Assembly (NCBI GenBank): GCA_023150835.1
Contig: JAKLKB010000055.1
Coordinates: 1-54,619 of the forward strand
DNA length: 54,619 bases
Direction: 5' to 3'
Source: Myxococcota bacterium
Lineage (GTDB): Bacteria > Myxococcota_C > UBA6777
Every line of letters begins with the position of its first letter. Position 1 is the stretch's first letter. This document shows, piece by piece, positions 18,101-27,036 of this stretch. The notes below the pieces were generated by a model. It saw only the letters and a program-made list of their open reading frames with translations, had not been told where the DNA came from and made no database searches. Position numbers and translations under genes: made by a program.

Positions 18101-18270
18101 AGGATTTACGCAGTTGGATGGTTTTTGTGGGGTTTCACCCCACACCCCACAAGGGAGCTTTGCCCCCTTGACCCCGTATTGGCGAACAGATCACTGTTTT
18201 TCACGCAGACGGCTCTGTCGCTTGAATGGGTGTGAACACGGGGGTCTTGGGGCTGACTTCGTCAGTCTCA
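18101..18270 (-). repeat. Repeat family C copy with degenerate family-A terminal repeats
   Basis: Begins aggatttacgcagttg (family-A TIR) and ends acttcgtcagtct; body is the reverse complement of the ccgtgttc...ggggtcaagggg-N-cccttg-ggggtgtgggg-N-cccca unit. Confidence 0.75.
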
Positions 18271-18317
18271 TCTACAATTCACCCTGATACCGTTGTCGAT
18301 GCAGGAGAGTCCGCACG

Positions 18318-19472
18318 ATGCACTCAGAAGATCAGACGCTTCATTCAGCAGACCACGCAGAGACCACAAAGCCTCCGCGCCGTCGGATCGTGATCAAACT
18401 TGGAACCAGCGTTTTGACAGCGGGTAGCCCTCGATTGGATCTGCCGAGAATGGTCGATATCGCCCGACAATGCGCCGCGTTGATGCGTGATGGGTGCGAG
18501 GTGTTGGTGTGTTCGTCGGGAGCTATCGCCGCTGGGCGCGAGCGATTGGGCTTTCCTGCGCCTTCTTCTTCGATCGCGCACAAACAAATGCTGGCTGCCG
18601 TTGGGCAAAGTCGGCTGATGCGTGTGTGGGACAACCTTTTCGAGATCTACAGCGTCCGTGTCGGCCAAGTCCTGTTAACACGGGCAGACGTGGAAAGCCG
18701 CGACCGTTTTCTCAACGCACGCGACACTTTACTGATGCTGCTTCGCGAAGGCATCTTGCCGATCATCAACGAAAACGATGCCGTTGCGACCGAAGAGATC
18801 AAGGTGGGCGACAACGACAATCTCTCGGCCTTGGTGGCGACTCTTTGCGGGGCGGATCTGTTGATCTTGTTGACGGATATCGAAGGGCTGTACACAAGCA
18901 ACCCGCACCGCGATCCCGAGGCGCGCTTTATTCCCGAAGTCCGCGAGATCGACGAAGCGATCAAGCAGATGGCAGGTGGAAGCGTAGGTGGCCTTGGGAC
19001 GGGCGGGATGGCGACCAAGATCCAAGCTGCCGAGATCGCCCAACGCATGGGAACCGAAGTCGTGATCGCAGCAGGCAGATATCCCGATGTGATTCGCCGC
19101 GTTGTGGCGGGAGAATCGATCGGGACGCGGTTTTTGGCGCGGAGCTCTCCGCTTGAACAGCGCAAGCGTTGGTTGCTTGCGGGGCCGCGTCCGCAAGTGG
19201 CGTTGTTGGTGGACGCGGGGGCAGCAGAAGCTTTGCGCACACAAGGTCGGAGCCTGCTGGCTTCGGGCGTTGTGGGTGTCGAGGGCGAGTTTCGGCGCGG
19301 TGATATGGTTCAAATCCGTTGCGCTGAACAAGCGGCTTTTGCGCGTGGGATCGTGCGCTACGATAGCACAACAGCCCGACAGATCGCAGGTTTGCGCTCC
19401 GAAGAGATCGCCGAGCGTTTGGGGTATTCGTGGGGGCCGCTGGTACATCGCAACGATCTGATCTTGGTTTGA
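18318..19472 (+). CDS. proB: Glutamate 5-kinase (with PUA domain)
   Basis: IKLGTSVLT, SSGAIAAG, AAVGQSRL, INENDAV, GDNDNLSA, GTGGMATK; C-terminal PUA domain. Confidence 0.96.
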   Translation: MHSEDQTLHSADHAETTKPPRRRIVIKLGTSVLTAGSPRLDLPRMVDIARQCAALMRDGCEVLVCSSGAIAAGRERLGFPAPSSSIAHKQMLAAVGQSRLMRVWDNLFEIYSVRVGQVLLTRADVESRDRFLNARDTLLMLLREGILPIINENDAVATEEIKVGDNDNLSALVATLCGADLLILLTDIEGLYTSNPHRDPEARFIPEVREIDEAIKQMAGGSVGGLGTGGMATKIQAAEIAQRMGTEVVIAAGRYPDVIRRVVAGESIGTRFLARSSPLEQRKRWLLAGPRPQVALLVDAGAAEALRTQGRSLLASGVVGVEGEFRRGDMVQIRCAEQAAFARGIVRYDSTTARQIAGLRSEEIAERLGYSWGPLVHRNDLILV

Positions 19473-19478
19473 ATTTTC

Positions 19479-19594
19479 ATAGGAGTTACGCAGTTGGAGA
19501 GGGAAACCGTGAAGAATCAACCCTTTGCAGGGGCGGTTCGTGAACCGCTCGCGCCCGAACATGGGCCTTTTTCGTATCGAACTGCGTAAGTCCT
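19479..19594 (-). mobile_element. MITE-like repeat family A, copy 2 (between proB and proA)
   Basis: Reverse-complement near-copy of 2628-2745; ends ataggagttacgcagtt / aactgcgtaagtcct. Confidence 0.8.
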
Positions 19595-19625
19595 CTTTTC
19601 ATCAAAGAGCAAGGAAGGTAGCCAC

Positions 19626-20894
19626 ATGACCCGTTTGGAATCCATCGGACACGCAGCCCGTCAAGCCAGCCGCACATTGGGGATCTTGCCTCGTTTGGCC
19701 AAAGATCGCGCATTATCGGCGATCGCGGAGGCCCTCGAAACGCACACTGACACCTTGCTTGCTGCCAATCAAAGAGATGTAGCTGCGGGTCGCGAAAAAG
19801 GTTTGTCAGCGGCGATGTTGGATCGTTTGTTGTTGACGGAGGCGCGGATCGCGGGGCTTGCGAGGGACACCCGCAGCGTGATGGCGTTGCCTGATCCTGT
19901 GGGGACAGATATCGAAGGGCGGATCTTGCCGAACGGTTTGCGCTTGATGCGCAGGCGCATACCCATCGGGGTTTTGGGCGTGATCTATGAAGCGCGCCCG
20001 AATGTGACGGTGGATGTCGCGGTGTTGGCTGTTAAAACAGGCAATGCTGTGATCTTGCGCGGTGGTAGCGAAACGTTGCATAGCAATCTTGCGCTGGTCT
20101 CTGTGATCCGCGATGCGATCGAGAGCGCAGGCTTGCCGAAGAATGCTGTTCAAGCCATCGAAGATCCCGATCGTTCCCTTGTTTCCGAGCTCTTGCAGCT
20201 AGACCAGTACGTCGACATGATCATCCCACGCGGTGGAGCAGCGCTACACGCTCTTTGTCGAAAACAAAGCACCATCCCCGTTATTACGGGCGGGATCGGC
20301 ATCTGTCATGTCTTTGTGGACGAACACGCAGACCTCGAACGGGCCGTCGATATCGTCGAAAATGCCAAAGTGCAGCGCCCTTCCGTATGCAACGCCCTTG
20401 ACACGTTGCTTGTGCATCGCAACGTCGCGCAGGGCTTCCTACCCGCAGTAGCGGAGCGCCTGCAAAAAAGCGATGTCTTGCTCAAAGTCACGTCCGAAGT
20501 GGAGACCACCCTTCACCGCGCAGGCTCCACCATCCGACGCGATCTCGCTGGTCCCGAAGACTTCGACCAAGAGTGGCTGTCTTTGATCTTAGGCGTTCGT
20601 CTCGTGGACGATATCAACGAAGCCATCGCACACATCCACCAACATAGCTCCGAACACTCCGACGCGATCTTGACCCAACATCTCGGCCACGCCAACCAAT
20701 TCATCAACGAAGTCCATTCTGCTGCTGTGTACGTCAACGCAAGCACCCGCTTCACCGATGGCGGCCAGTTTGGACTGGGAGCCGAGGTCGCCATCAGCAC
20801 GCAAAAGCTCCATGCACGCGGACCGATGGGACTCGAAGAACTCACGACCTACAAGTGGATCGGCATCGGGGACGGACATATCCGAGCCTCTTAA
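19626..20894 (+). CDS. proA: Gamma-glutamyl phosphate reductase
   Basis: [69 protein letters not shown]. Confidence 0.97.
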   Translation: MTRLESIGHAARQASRTLGILPRLAKDRALSAIAEALETHTDTLLAANQRDVAAGREKGLSAAMLDRLLLTEARIAGLARDTRSVMALPDPVGTDIEGRILPNGLRLMRRRIPIGVLGVIYEARPNVTVDVAVLAVKTGNAVILRGGSETLHSNLALVSVIRDAIESAGLPKNAVQAIEDPDRSLVSELLQLDQYVDMIIPRGGAALHALCRKQSTIPVITGGIGICHVFVDEHADLERAVDIVENAKVQRPSVCNALDTLLVHRNVAQGFLPAVAERLQKSDVLLKVTSEVETTLHRAGSTIRRDLAGPEDFDQEWLSLILGVRLVDDINEAIAHIHQHSSEHSDAILTQHLGHANQFINEVHSAAVYVNASTRFTDGGQFGLGAEVAISTQKLHARGPMGLEELTTYKWIGIGDGHIRAS

Positions 20895-21059
20895 ACGCAG
20901 GCGCATCTTTTTTCCGACCGTGGCATCTTTTGAGAGCGTGAGGACTCCTGCTGTTTTTTGACAAAAGGCTTCCGCGATATCGATGCGAGTGGCTTGTTCC
21001 CAAAAGGACGGACAGGAGGGGCTTGTTGACGAAACGATGGATAGGAGTCGCTTGTTGGC

Positions 21060-21200
21060 AAAAACCCGTGTTCGCGCTCCTTTAAGCGACAGAGCCGTTG
21101 GTTTGAAAAAATGCTGATTGTTTCGCCAACACGGGGTCAAGGGGCCATCGGTCCCTTGCGGGGCGTGGTACCTCGCCCCACGAAAACCATCCAACGAGTG
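21060..21200 (+). repeat. Repeat family C copy
   Basis: aaaacccgtgttcg...aagcgacagagccg...acggggtcaaggggccatcggtcccttgcgggg...ccccacgaaaaccatccaac. Confidence 0.75.
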
Positions 21201-21216
21201 ATGATTTTGGAAAGGA

Positions 21217-21799
21217 TTGTGTCGGATGATCGGGCGTGTTGTGTTTTGCTGTTGGCTTTGTGGGATGTTGGTGGTTGGAGGGGTTGCGTGTGGTCCGCCC
21301 GCTCCGCCCGAAGTGAAGGGCTGTGCAAGCACCAAGCTGTATCAAAAAGACTCGGATTATGCCAAAGCAGGGCCTTGGGCGGTGGGGGCGAAGACTTTTT
21401 CGCTAGGCAAATCAAGACGCGATCGTCCCACCCAAGCGCCAACAAGACGGCTACACCAGCAGCCCCAAGACCAAGCGCCTCGTGTTGTTAGAAAAGGCCG
21501 GTCATCTGGCTTTTTCCGACCTTTGCGAAGTCGGAAAAGAGCAGGGTGGATTGATCAAGCTGGCGCGAGAGTACAAGGTCAAGATCCCCGAGGGCTTCGA
21601 TCAACTGATCGAAACACTCGCAACAGACGGATGCAAAGAAGGGCAATTACCCGCAGCGCAAGGATGGCCGATCATTCACTTCGCATCTTCGGCTGTGCTA
21701 GAAGAAACGTTGCACTGCGACTCCAACGCATCCGCCGCCCTACAGGGCCTTCAAACCCGTTATCCGACCGTCAAAGAATACAAGGAAGAACGCCTTTGA
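21217..21799 (+). pseudogene. Lipoprotein alpha/beta-hydrolase remnant with internal deletion and frameshift near 21406
   Basis: First frame gives a lipoprotein-like signal (..GGVAC) and GPWAVG. From 21407 another frame gives ANQDAIVP..AGHLAFSDLC.. to TGA at 21799. The GxSxG-bearing middle is absent. Confidence 0.65.
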
Positions 21800-22335
21800 G
21801 TTACCATGATCACAGCCACCGTCTCGATCACAACAAGCCCTTTCATCCTCTCCAGATCGCCGTGTTGACGATCTCAGATACGCGAACCAACGACACCGAT
21901 CGCTCTGGCCCCCGTCTGATCAGCCTTTTGCAACGTGATGGGCATACGCTTGCTGCGTATGTGATCGTCCCTGACGAAAAAGAGCGCATCGAAGCGCAGT
22001 TGCGCGCATGGATCGCCGACCCATCGATCCAGATCGTCCTTGCGACGGGAGGAACAGGTATCACGAAACGCGATGTCACTCCCGAAGCCTTCCATGCCGT
22101 GTATGAAAAAGAGATCCCGGGCTTTGGCGAGCTGTTTCGCTTTTTAAGCTACGAAAAGATCGGCACCTCGACCATCCAATCCCGCGCAACAGCGGGGCTT
22201 GCAAATCGCACCTTGCTATTTGCTTTGCCGGGATCGACGGGCGCTTGTAGCGACGCATGGGAGGGGATCTTGCGTTGGCAACTCGATAGTCGCCACCAGC
22301 CTTGCAACTTTGTGGAGATGTTTGATCGTTTGTGA
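21796..22335 (+). CDS. moaB: Molybdenum cofactor biosynthesis protein B
   Basis: IAVLTISDTRT, DRSG, TGGTGITKRDVTPEA, GFGELFR, IQSRA, FALPGSTGAC, PCNF. TTG start overlaps the upstream TGA; the ORF track extends this frame upstream to 21217. Confidence 0.92.
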   Translation: MSYHDHSHRLDHNKPFHPLQIAVLTISDTRTNDTDRSGPRLISLLQRDGHTLAAYVIVPDEKERIEAQLRAWIADPSIQIVLATGGTGITKRDVTPEAFHAVYEKEIPGFGELFRFLSYEKIGTSTIQSRATAGLANRTLLFALPGSTGACSDAWEGILRWQLDSRHQPCNFVEMFDRL

Positions 22336-22375
22336 GGCGACAAGTCTCCGTTTGGGGGATCGGATATCTCGGAGA

Positions 22376-23422
22376 TTAGGGCGTCGAGAGCGTGAGCGGG
22401 GTGTGTGAGGTGGCGCGTTGGAAGCGTTGTGGGTTGTGGGGATGGCCGATGTATTCGGCGATCTTTTGGAAGCTATCGCGTGAAAAGAAAAAGGTGACGT
22501 GGCCGTGAGACTCTCGAAACAGAGTGGGTTGACCCCATCGATGCCAAAGCTCTTGGACTTTGTGGGGATAGACGACTTGATCGTGCATGGAATTGATCAG
22601 CAAGATGCGGTCGCGCTCAAGGCGTGGGGTGTAGCGGGTGAGGCGAAGCGGATCGAGCAGCGGAAGCAGCGCCTCTTGGGGGATATGCGCGATCATCTGT
22701 CGTCCTGCTTTGATCATGGGCGAGTTCATTAGCGTATATCCGAGATCCACGAGGGGAGCGGCCAAACTCAACGATTCGAGGGAGTCTTCGAGGGAGGCAA
22801 CCAGACCTGCGGTGTATCCGCCAAGACTGATCCCCAACAAGCCGATCCGAGCGTATCCTTCGGCACGCAGACCCGCGATCAGCTTGCGTGTGTCTGCGAC
22901 GCCTTGACGCAAGGCATCCAATAGAATCGAGAGATCCGCATCGATGACGCGAGTTCCAGAGAAGTAACCGCGTGGTGATCGGCGCATGTGGTAGGGCAGT
23001 TCGATCATGTGTGTTGAGATCCCGTAGCGCAGCAGTTCGCGGGCAACCCACATCGATTGTTGGTGGCCGGGGGTAATCCAACCGTGCAAAAGGATGATAT
23101 GCGATCCACGCCGATGGTCGGGATGGAGTAGGCTTACACCGCGCACGCGGTCGTTGGTAAAGTCTCCGCTGGGGCGTCCCGAAAGAAAAGAAAATTCAGC
23201 TTCGATACTCTCGCGGCGACGGGCTTTTTGGGTGAACCAACCTTTTTCGGGAGGCGTGGTGTCGCCGTCTGCAAAAAAGCTTTCGGGGGCGTGAGCAGGG
23301 AATTCATGAAAGTAGCGCTGAAGGGTTTCAAGTTCGATGCGGTGGTTGGCTTGTTTGATCAACACGTTGTTCACAAACCAAGAGGTCACTTGCTCCACAC
23401 TTGTCGCAAAAGGACGCCACAT
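22376..23422 (-). CDS. Alpha/beta hydrolase (ABHD18-like)
   Basis: LLHGW, ELPYHMRR, GISLGG nucleophile, HDQVV, HGH; GAAGGAG SD before MWRPF. Confidence 0.8.
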   Translation of the reverse strand: MWRPFATSVEQVTSWFVNNVLIKQANHRIELETLQRYFHEFPAHAPESFFADGDTTPPEKGWFTQKARRRESIEAEFSFLSGRPSGDFTNDRVRGVSLLHPDHRRGSHIILLHGWITPGHQQSMWVARELLRYGISTHMIELPYHMRRSPRGYFSGTRVIDADLSILLDALRQGVADTRKLIAGLRAEGYARIGLLGISLGGYTAGLVASLEDSLESLSLAAPLVDLGYTLMNSPMIKAGRQMIAHIPQEALLPLLDPLRLTRYTPRLERDRILLINSMHDQVVYPHKVQELWHRWGQPTLFRESHGHVTFFFSRDSFQKIAEYIGHPHNPQRFQRATSHTPLTLSTP

Positions 23423-23627
23423 GTCTCTCTCCTTCACACTGATGCATCTTGTTTGTCTTGTCTGTGCCTGCCTTCGCTTTGGGCGGCGGATGCTTCGTTT
23501 TGGCACCCTTTCCCACAAAAGGCCAAAAAGCAGTACAAACGACCTTTTTTTTGACAAAGCATGATGCGTGCCTCTTTGGGCCTGTGATCGTTTCGTATCA
23601 TTATGGGTGTTTTTCGTGTGACGTATG

Positions 23628-23754
23628 AAAAAATCCCCGTGTTCGTGGGCTTTCAAGCGACAGAGTCGTCTGTTTGAAAAACGTGTGATCTTTTCGCCCA
23701 ACATGGGGTCAAGGGGACGGAGTTCCCTTGCGGGGTATGGGGTGGAACCCCATA
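23628..23754 (+). repeat. Repeat family C copy
   Basis: aaaatccccgtgttcg...aagcgacagagtcg...ggggtcaaggggacggagttcccttgcggggtatggggtggaacccca. Confidence 0.75.
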
Positions 23755-23849
23755 AAAAAACAGAATATGCGGGAGGATGGTGCGCGAAAAAACAGAATAT
23801 GCGGGAGGATGGTGCGCGAAAAAACAGAATATGCGGGAGGATGGTGCGC
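23755..23849. repeat. Intergenic 32-bp tandem repeat x3
   Basis: aaaaaacagaatatgcgggaggatggtgcgcg at 23755, 23787, 23819 with no spacers. Confidence 0.95.
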
Positions 23850-23867
23850 AGATACAGCAGAGAAAGA

Positions 23868-25700
23868 TTAATAAGCGGCGGGTGTTCCGAACTTTCGGGG
23901 ATCGGATGCGGCGATGCGTTGGTGGTGGGCGTTGACAAAGACGGCTTGGACGGCGGTGTAGCCTTGGGGCCAGAGATGGATGGTGTGCTGTCGTGCGCGC
24001 AGCGCGCCGATGAGATCGTCGGAAAAGGATTTTTCCATAAAGAGCAGGGGAGGGAACCATTGGTGGTGGATGCGTGGGGCAGAGACGGCGTAGGCGGGAT
24101 CTTTGCGAGCGAGGAGGATGTGTAGGAGGGCTTGCAGAGTGCCTGTGATGATCGTGGGGCCGCCTGAGGCCCCGATGCTGAGGACGGGTTGGCCGTTTTG
24201 TGCGACAAGAGTGGGGGACATGCTCGATAGTGGGCGTTTGTGGGGGGATACGGCGTTGGCAGCGCCTTGGATCAGGCCGAAGGCATTGGGTTTTCCGGGA
24301 TGTGTCGAAAAGTCATCCATCTGGTTGTTGAGTAAGATACCGGATCGCTCGGTGACGACTTGGGAACCGAAGCTGGTGTTGATGGTGGTGGTGAGAGCGA
24401 CAGCGTTTCCGTGTGCGTCGATGACGCTGATATGGGAGGTTCCGCCGTCACGGTGGGCGGCGGAGGGCGGGAGCTTTGGGCTACCATAATCGCGCCAAGG
24501 CAAGACGGCGTGTTTTTGAATGCGTGCGGCGAGGGACTTGGCGTAGGTGGGGGAGCGGAGGTAGGCCAACGGAACTCGAACGAAGTCTGTATCGCCCAAG
24601 TATCGGGCGCGATCCGCGAATGAATGTTTGAGGGCTTCGGTCAGCGTGTGATAATCACCCGCAGGATCGGCGAGCCATGTTTTGATCGGAAACTGTTGAA
24701 GGATCTGGAGGGTTTGGAGCATGGTGATCCCACCCGAAGAAGGCGGTGGCATCAAGAAGATATCGTAGCCTTGCCAACGGGTGTGGAGGGCGGTGCGTTG
24801 TTTGGGTCGGTAGTTTGCGAGGTCTTGGAGTGTCAAGATCCCGCCGTTGCGACGAACGGTTTCTACGATATCTTGAGCGATCCATCCTCGATAAAACACG
24901 TCGGGTCCGTGTTGTGCGATCGCTTCGAGAGTTTTGGCGAGGCGGGGCCGCCTGAGGCGGGTGCCTTGTTGGAGCGGCTCTCCGCCAGCGGCGTAGATCA
25001 AGTTGAGTCTCGGCCAGCGGCGAAGTTGTGTGCGATGAGCTGCCAGTCCGCGTGCGAGGTGAGGGCCGATCGGAAAGCCCTGTTTGGCGAGGTGGATGGC
25101 GGGCGTCAGGACTTGCGCGAGAGAGAGCTTGCCCCACGATCGGACGGCGTGGGCGCAGCCAGCGACTTCGCCCGGTACTCCGACGGCAAGGCCGCCTTCG
25201 CGACTGGCGTTTTTGGGCAGGCCGACTTGTGTGTACGTCTTGGCATGAGCGGAAGCAGGGGCTGTTTCACGAAAGTCCAAAACATCGGCTTTTTGGCCTT
25301 TTCCGTGTCGGAGGTACATCAAAAATCCCCCGCCGCCGATGCCGGAACCTGCGGGGCTGACGACACCTAACGCAAATGCCGCAGCGCAGGCCGCATCGAT
25401 CGCGTTGCCTCCCGCTTTTAAGATCGCCACTCCCGCACGTGATGCGAGTTCATGATCGGCAGCCACCGCGCCATGTTGCCCTGCGGCTCGGTACACCGCG
25501 TGTCCTTTGTTTTTTTCGTGTGGGAGATTTGCTGTTGGACGGGAAGAACCGACAGGGGAAGGCAACGTCGGGGGGGCTGCGTGAGCAACGGAGGCAAGCC
25601 ATAAGCCCCCCACAAGTCCAACGAACAATTCGCGAAAACGGCGAGTCTTCCGAGAGTATTGTTCTCTTCGCGAGGAGCAAAAGAAAGCGTCCACTAACAT
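23868..25700 (-). CDS. ggt: Gamma-glutamyltransferase (secreted)
   Basis: GGNAIDAA, SGIGGGGF, DFRETAP, PPPSSGG, autocleavage GTSHISVID, LNNQMDDF, KRPLSSMSP, PRIHHQW, SDPRK; N-terminal signal-like segment. Confidence 0.95.
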   Translation of the reverse strand: MLVDAFFCSSRREQYSRKTRRFRELFVGLVGGLWLASVAHAAPPTLPSPVGSSRPTANLPHEKNKGHAVYRAAGQHGAVAADHELASRAGVAILKAGGNAIDAACAAAFALGVVSPAGSGIGGGGFLMYLRHGKGQKADVLDFRETAPASAHAKTYTQVGLPKNASREGGLAVGVPGEVAGCAHAVRSWGKLSLAQVLTPAIHLAKQGFPIGPHLARGLAAHRTQLRRWPRLNLIYAAGGEPLQQGTRLRRPRLAKTLEAIAQHGPDVFYRGWIAQDIVETVRRNGGILTLQDLANYRPKQRTALHTRWQGYDIFLMPPPSSGGITMLQTLQILQQFPIKTWLADPAGDYHTLTEALKHSFADRARYLGDTDFVRVPLAYLRSPTYAKSLAARIQKHAVLPWRDYGSPKLPPSAAHRDGGTSHISVIDAHGNAVALTTTINTSFGSQVVTERSGILLNNQMDDFSTHPGKPNAFGLIQGAANAVSPHKRPLSSMSPTLVAQNGQPVLSIGASGGPTIITGTLQALLHILLARKDPAYAVSAPRIHHQWFPPLLFMEKSFSDDLIGALRARQHTIHLWPQGYTAVQAVFVNAHHQRIAASDPRKFGTPAAY

Positions 25701-25916
25701 CCGCGACTCCTAATCTTTTGTGGTGTGAAAGTCGGTGAGGCGACGTTGTGTACACAAGCGCAAAGTGTGGCTTTTCACAAGAGGGTTGCGCCCGTTTGTG
25801 TGGGGGGTCGTGGACCAGAGCCTCGAATGCTTCGAGTCGGTCGCCGTTGCGCCCGTTTGTGTGGGGGTTCGTGAGATCGCAAAGGATACGGTGCGAAATG
25901 ACCGAACAAAGGGTGT

Positions 25917-26033
25917 TTATACGAGATCCGCAGGGCGCGTGATCGCAAAACGTAGGGGCAGACAGGTGTGGCTGCCCAACAATCGGGCGTCTACACACTA
26001 TCCTACGGGAACGCTTCACTCGGATATCGTATG
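25917..26033 (+). repeat. MITE/REP-like family B copy
   Basis: Ends ttatacgagatccg / cggatatcgtat; core gtaggggcagacaggtgtggctgcccaacaatcgggcgtctac. Confidence 0.8.
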
Positions 26034-26135
26034 ATTGATTCGCATCACGATGAGAGAGTGGATGGTTGGGGTGGAATCAAGCGTGGGTGGGGAGATGGAA
26101 TGAAGAAAAGAAAGAGGAGGGGGGTTTGTTGGAGA

Positions 26136-26741
26136 CTAGCGGGAGGTTGTTTTCCATGTGGTGTGGCACTTGACGTATTGAGCAGGAACTTTCGTGCATT
26201 CGGTGCGGAAAACGGGGCGTTTGTTGCAGACGGTGCTCCACGTGGGTTTGCGCGAGCATTGGGTGTGATTGGTGGGTTTGCGGACGCATTGGGTGTATTG
26301 GGAGGGGACGCGATGGCAATTTTGATAGACTTGCCAGTAGCTACGGCATTGGGGGATATAACGGCACTTGAGCTGGCCGTAGCACTTGGTGTATTCACGT
26401 TCGTTGTTGATGAAACGCACACAACGTTGATAACATTGTTTGTTTTGGCTACAGGTGGTGTTCAAGCGCTTAAACGGTGCGCACTTGGTGGCCCATGTGG
26501 TGTAGGTTTTACACTGGTTGGCCCATGTGGTGTAGGTTTTACATTGGTTGTGCCATTGAAGTTGGCGGCTGCATTTGGTGGTGAGGAAGGACTTGCAGGT
26601 TTGGTGGCAGTGGTTGGAGCATTGGGTGGTGGAGGTGGGCTTGTATTGAAAGCCCAGACCGTAGGTTTCTGCCTTGGCAGAGGTTGTGTAGAGGGACAAG
26701 AAAGGAAGCACGGCGAGCAGGGTCTTGAACATTTTTCTCAT
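26136..26741 (-). CDS. Secreted Cys-rich protein with 10-residue cysteine periodicity
   Basis: AAGGAG SD; signal peptide ending AKA|E; 19 Cys in the mature part; internal 30-nt repeat (NQCKTYTTWA x2). Confidence 0.8.
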   Translation of the reverse strand: MRKMFKTLLAVLPFLSLYTTSAKAETYGLGFQYKPTSTTQCSNHCHQTCKSFLTTKCSRQLQWHNQCKTYTTWANQCKTYTTWATKCAPFKRLNTTCSQNKQCYQRCVRFINNEREYTKCYGQLKCRYIPQCRSYWQVYQNCHRVPSQYTQCVRKPTNHTQCSRKPTWSTVCNKRPVFRTECTKVPAQYVKCHTTWKTTSR

Positions 26742-27036
26742 CGAAAACTCCTTGGTCGATGATTAGAGGAAAAGAGGTCGGTTCGAGCGCAAAGATCCGT
26801 CTCCTGCGTTGAGGTGGACGAGCACTTGCGATCACAGAACCGACAAAAACAGCGATGCTGTTAAGTGGGGGTAAGACCCGCTTCCGATCGCATTATTCAT
26901 TTTTTTTGAAAAAATTTGATCTTGCGAAGATCACCGCACAGGCCCCTTGCGAAATCGGCTGATTTTGCTACAAACCAAAAAGCCAAAGGGCGCGAGAACA
27001 GCGGGTGAAACGACGACTTAGAAAGAAAGGCCAAGC

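Noticed and set aside
21217-22335. 372-aa ORF as a genuine extended MoaB
   Set aside because: The middle section is the off-frame reading of a hydrolase remnant; moaB has its own SD and TTG start at 21796.
23755-23849. 32-bp repeats as CRISPR
   Set aside because: Head-to-tail with no spacers.
23423-24208. N-terminal 262 aa of the 610-aa ORF 22376-24208
   Set aside because: Runs through repeats and overlaps ggt; a strong SD supports the start at 23422.
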